Positions 62,586-64,000 of a DNA stretch of 64,000 nucleotides are shown here, one piece after another. Origin of the DNA: an uncultured Prevotella sp. (GTDB lineage Bacteria > Bacteroidota > Bacteroidia > Bacteroidales > Bacteroidaceae); assembly GCA_963931275.1 (NCBI GenBank), contig OZ006992.1:63810-127809 (forward strand). The letters are read 5' to 3'. The notes beneath the pieces were generated by a model that saw only the letters and a program-made list of their open reading frames with translations, did not search any database and was not told the origin of the DNA. A program made the translations under genes and the position numbers. Positions within the stretch are counted from its first letter, which is position 1. Every line of letters begins with the position of its first letter.

Positions 62586-63765
62586 ATCGCGTCAGCAGCG
62601 TGAGCGACAGCGAGGCGAGCGTCAGCAGCGCGCCGACGGCTGCCACCCCCGCCCATCCCCACAGTTCCCAGCCCGTGCCGGCAAGCAGCGTTCCGAGTGA
62701 GCCGCCTATGAAATAAGTGGTCATGAAGATGGTGTTCACGCGGTTTGACGCCAAAGGGCACACGTCGAAGATGCTGGTCTGGTTGCTCAGTTGGATGCAC
62801 TGCATGCCGATGTCGATAAGCAGTATGCCGCTGATTATGCCACCGTAAGAGTCGCCGCAGAAGTAAAGCGAGGCCCATGCGGCAAGTATCAGCGCGCAGC
62901 CTATGTAGTTGAAGCGGCGTATGCCGACGCTTTTCACCCAACGGCCTACGAACGACGCCGTCACGGCTCCCGCCACTCCGCATAGGCCGAGCATGCCGAC
63001 CACGTCGCTGTCGGCATGGAACGGGGCTTGCCCCATCTTGAAAGCGAGGCAGCTCCAGAGGGCGAGAAACGAGCCGAAAGCCAGTCCGGCGCGTGCCGAA
63101 TAGACGCGCAGGGCTGGCTGCCCGGCCACCAGCGAAAGCACTGACCGCATCAGCTTGGCGTAGCTTCCGTTGAACGTCGGGCTGATGTCAGGCAGCGTCT
63201 TGACCGTCACGGCAAGACATACGGCCATCAGGGCGGCGGCTATCAGGTACATGCCGCGCCACCCGATGGCGTCGCCCACCAGGCCGCTCACCACGCGCGA
63301 CGCCAATATGCCCGTCAGCAGGCCTGATATTACCACGCCTACGTTGCGCCCCTTGCGCTCAGGCTCAGAGAACTCTGACGCTATGGGCACGAATATCTGC
63401 GGTATCATGGAGCATGCCCCCGTGACGAGCGACGCCGCCCACGTGGCGTAGATGTTGCCGCTCAGGGCGATGGCTGTGAGCGACATTATCAATAATGTGA
63501 AGTTTGTCAGTATTATTTTCTTCCTGTGGCAGAGGTCGCCCAAGGGTATGATGAACAGCAGTCCGAGGGCGTAGCCCGCCTGTGTTATCACCGAAATGAA
63601 GTTGGCATGAAACTCTGACACGCCGAGGTCGCGGCGCATCATGTCGAGCAGGGGCTGGTTGTAGTATATGTTTGCCACTGAGACGCCGGCCACGATGGCG
63701 AGCGTCCAGAGCATGCGCGGCGGCAGTCCGCCGTCTCTTCTTAGTGTCGTGTCCATTTTCCGCAT
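62581..63765 (-). CDS. MFS transporter
   Basis: 12 TM. ...IPLGDLCHRKK... Start moved to ATG 63765 because the 64-codon track extension is translated repeat sequence. Confidence 0.85.
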   Translation of the reverse strand: MRKMDTTLRRDGGLPPRMLWTLAIVAGVSVANIYYNQPLLDMMRRDLGVSEFHANFISVITQAGYALGLLFIIPLGDLCHRKKIILTNFTLLIMSLTAIALSGNIYATWAASLVTGACSMIPQIFVPIASEFSEPERKGRNVGVVISGLLTGILASRVVSGLVGDAIGWRGMYLIAAALMAVCLAVTVKTLPDISPTFNGSYAKLMRSVLSLVAGQPALRVYSARAGLAFGSFLALWSCLAFKMGQAPFHADSDVVGMLGLCGVAGAVTASFVGRWVKSVGIRRFNYIGCALILAAWASLYFCGDSYGGIISGILLIDIGMQCIQLSNQTSIFDVCPLASNRVNTIFMTTYFIGGSLGTLLAGTGWELWGWAGVAAVGALLTLASLSLTLLTRL

Positions 63766-63877
63766 GTTGAAAAACGCATGCAAAGGTAAGAATAAAATGG
63801 CGAAGCGGCGGCCTTGGCGGCTGAAAACATGCGCTCTTGCAGGGCCTGCAAGCGTGGCTGCGCAAGTGGCTGACGGC

Positions 63878-63968
63878 CAGCGGTTTGCCCGTTTGCCGCC
63901 TTTTGGCTCGTAAGAGATGGCCTTTTGGCACGCAAAAGACAGCCTTTTACTCTGCAAAAAGCCATGTC
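63878..63968. repeat. REP-like palindromic element
   Basis: GGTTTGCCCGTTTGCCGCCTTTTGGCTCGTAAGAGATGGCCTTTTGGCACGCAAAAGACAGCCTTTTACTCTGCAAAAAGCCATG. Confidence 0.8.
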
Positions 63969-63972
63969 TTGT

Positions 63973-64000
63973 GGTTCATCCGCAAACCCTTTGGATGGCA
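63973..64000 (+). mobile_element. start of a third MITE copy (truncated by the window edge)
   Basis: GGTTCATCCGCAAACCCTTTGGATGGCA matches the left end of copy A (GGTTCATCCGCAAACCTTTTGGATGGCA) with one substitution. Confidence 0.7.

Noticed and set aside
63766-63957. N-terminal 64-codon extension of the MFS transporter ORF
   Set aside because: The extension is a translation of the REP-like element and upstream spacer. The ATG at 63765 precedes the first TM segment.
1-64000. Prophage, ICE, integron or a classical defence island (restriction-modification, CRISPR-Cas, Abi, retron)
   Set aside because: I recognised no integrase, transposase, portal/terminase, conjugation, methyltransferase-endonuclease pair, cas or reverse transcriptase genes. 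The only accessory-type protein modules are the RelE/ParE pair and the four-helix-bundle cassettes.

Overview
64-kb chromosomal segment with the hallmarks of a Bacteroidales genome: TAnnTTTG -7 promoter boxes 25-45 nt upstream of many starts, many lipoproteins and outer-membrane proteins, T9SS sprA next to ruvA, and Bacteroides-type rhamnose genes. GC looks about 50-55% by eye and was not computed. A Muribaculaceae- or Prevotella-like origin is only a guess. I annotate 53 protein-coding loci, mostly core or metabolic: sprA (partial), ruvA, an OMP plus lipoprotein cluster, ptb-buk, two phosphatases flanking a RelE/ParE toxin-antitoxin pair, nadB, dacB, etfB-etfA-acd, dnaG, cls, two two-component systems, an ICMT-like methyltransferase plus PAP2 phosphatase, rsmD, a RecD-like helicase, rmuC, a CNNM/CorC protein, nhaD, rhaB-rhaA-rhaT/rhaD and transporters. 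I recognised no rRNA, tRNA, CRISPR array, transposase, integrase, reverse transcriptase or phage genes. The unusual content is non-coding, because almost every intergenic spacer longer than 100 bp holds one of three repeat classes. (1) Long hairpins whose arms are built from short periodic units (at least 14 loci). Two of these enclose Avd-like four-helix-bundle (23S rRNA IVS protein family) ORFs and exactly fill both intercistronic spacers of the etfB-etfA-acd operon. (2) A 385-bp MITE with ~23-bp terminal inverted repeats and 9-bp target-site duplications (two full copies in opposite orientation, and a third starting at the window edge). (3) A REP-like family of chained AAAGGCC/GGCCTTT palindromic units (at least 13 loci). 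Secondary leads are a translationally coupled pair of an unknown protein and a short guanidino-modifying (agmatine-deiminase-like) enzyme between the helicase and rmuC, a TCS-controlled candidate lipid A/envelope remodelling locus, a CTGACAGATG motif cluster, and a frameshifted HTH-like gene upstream of an atypical Ser/Thr kinase. All homology calls come from reading the translated sequences by eye; no searches were run.
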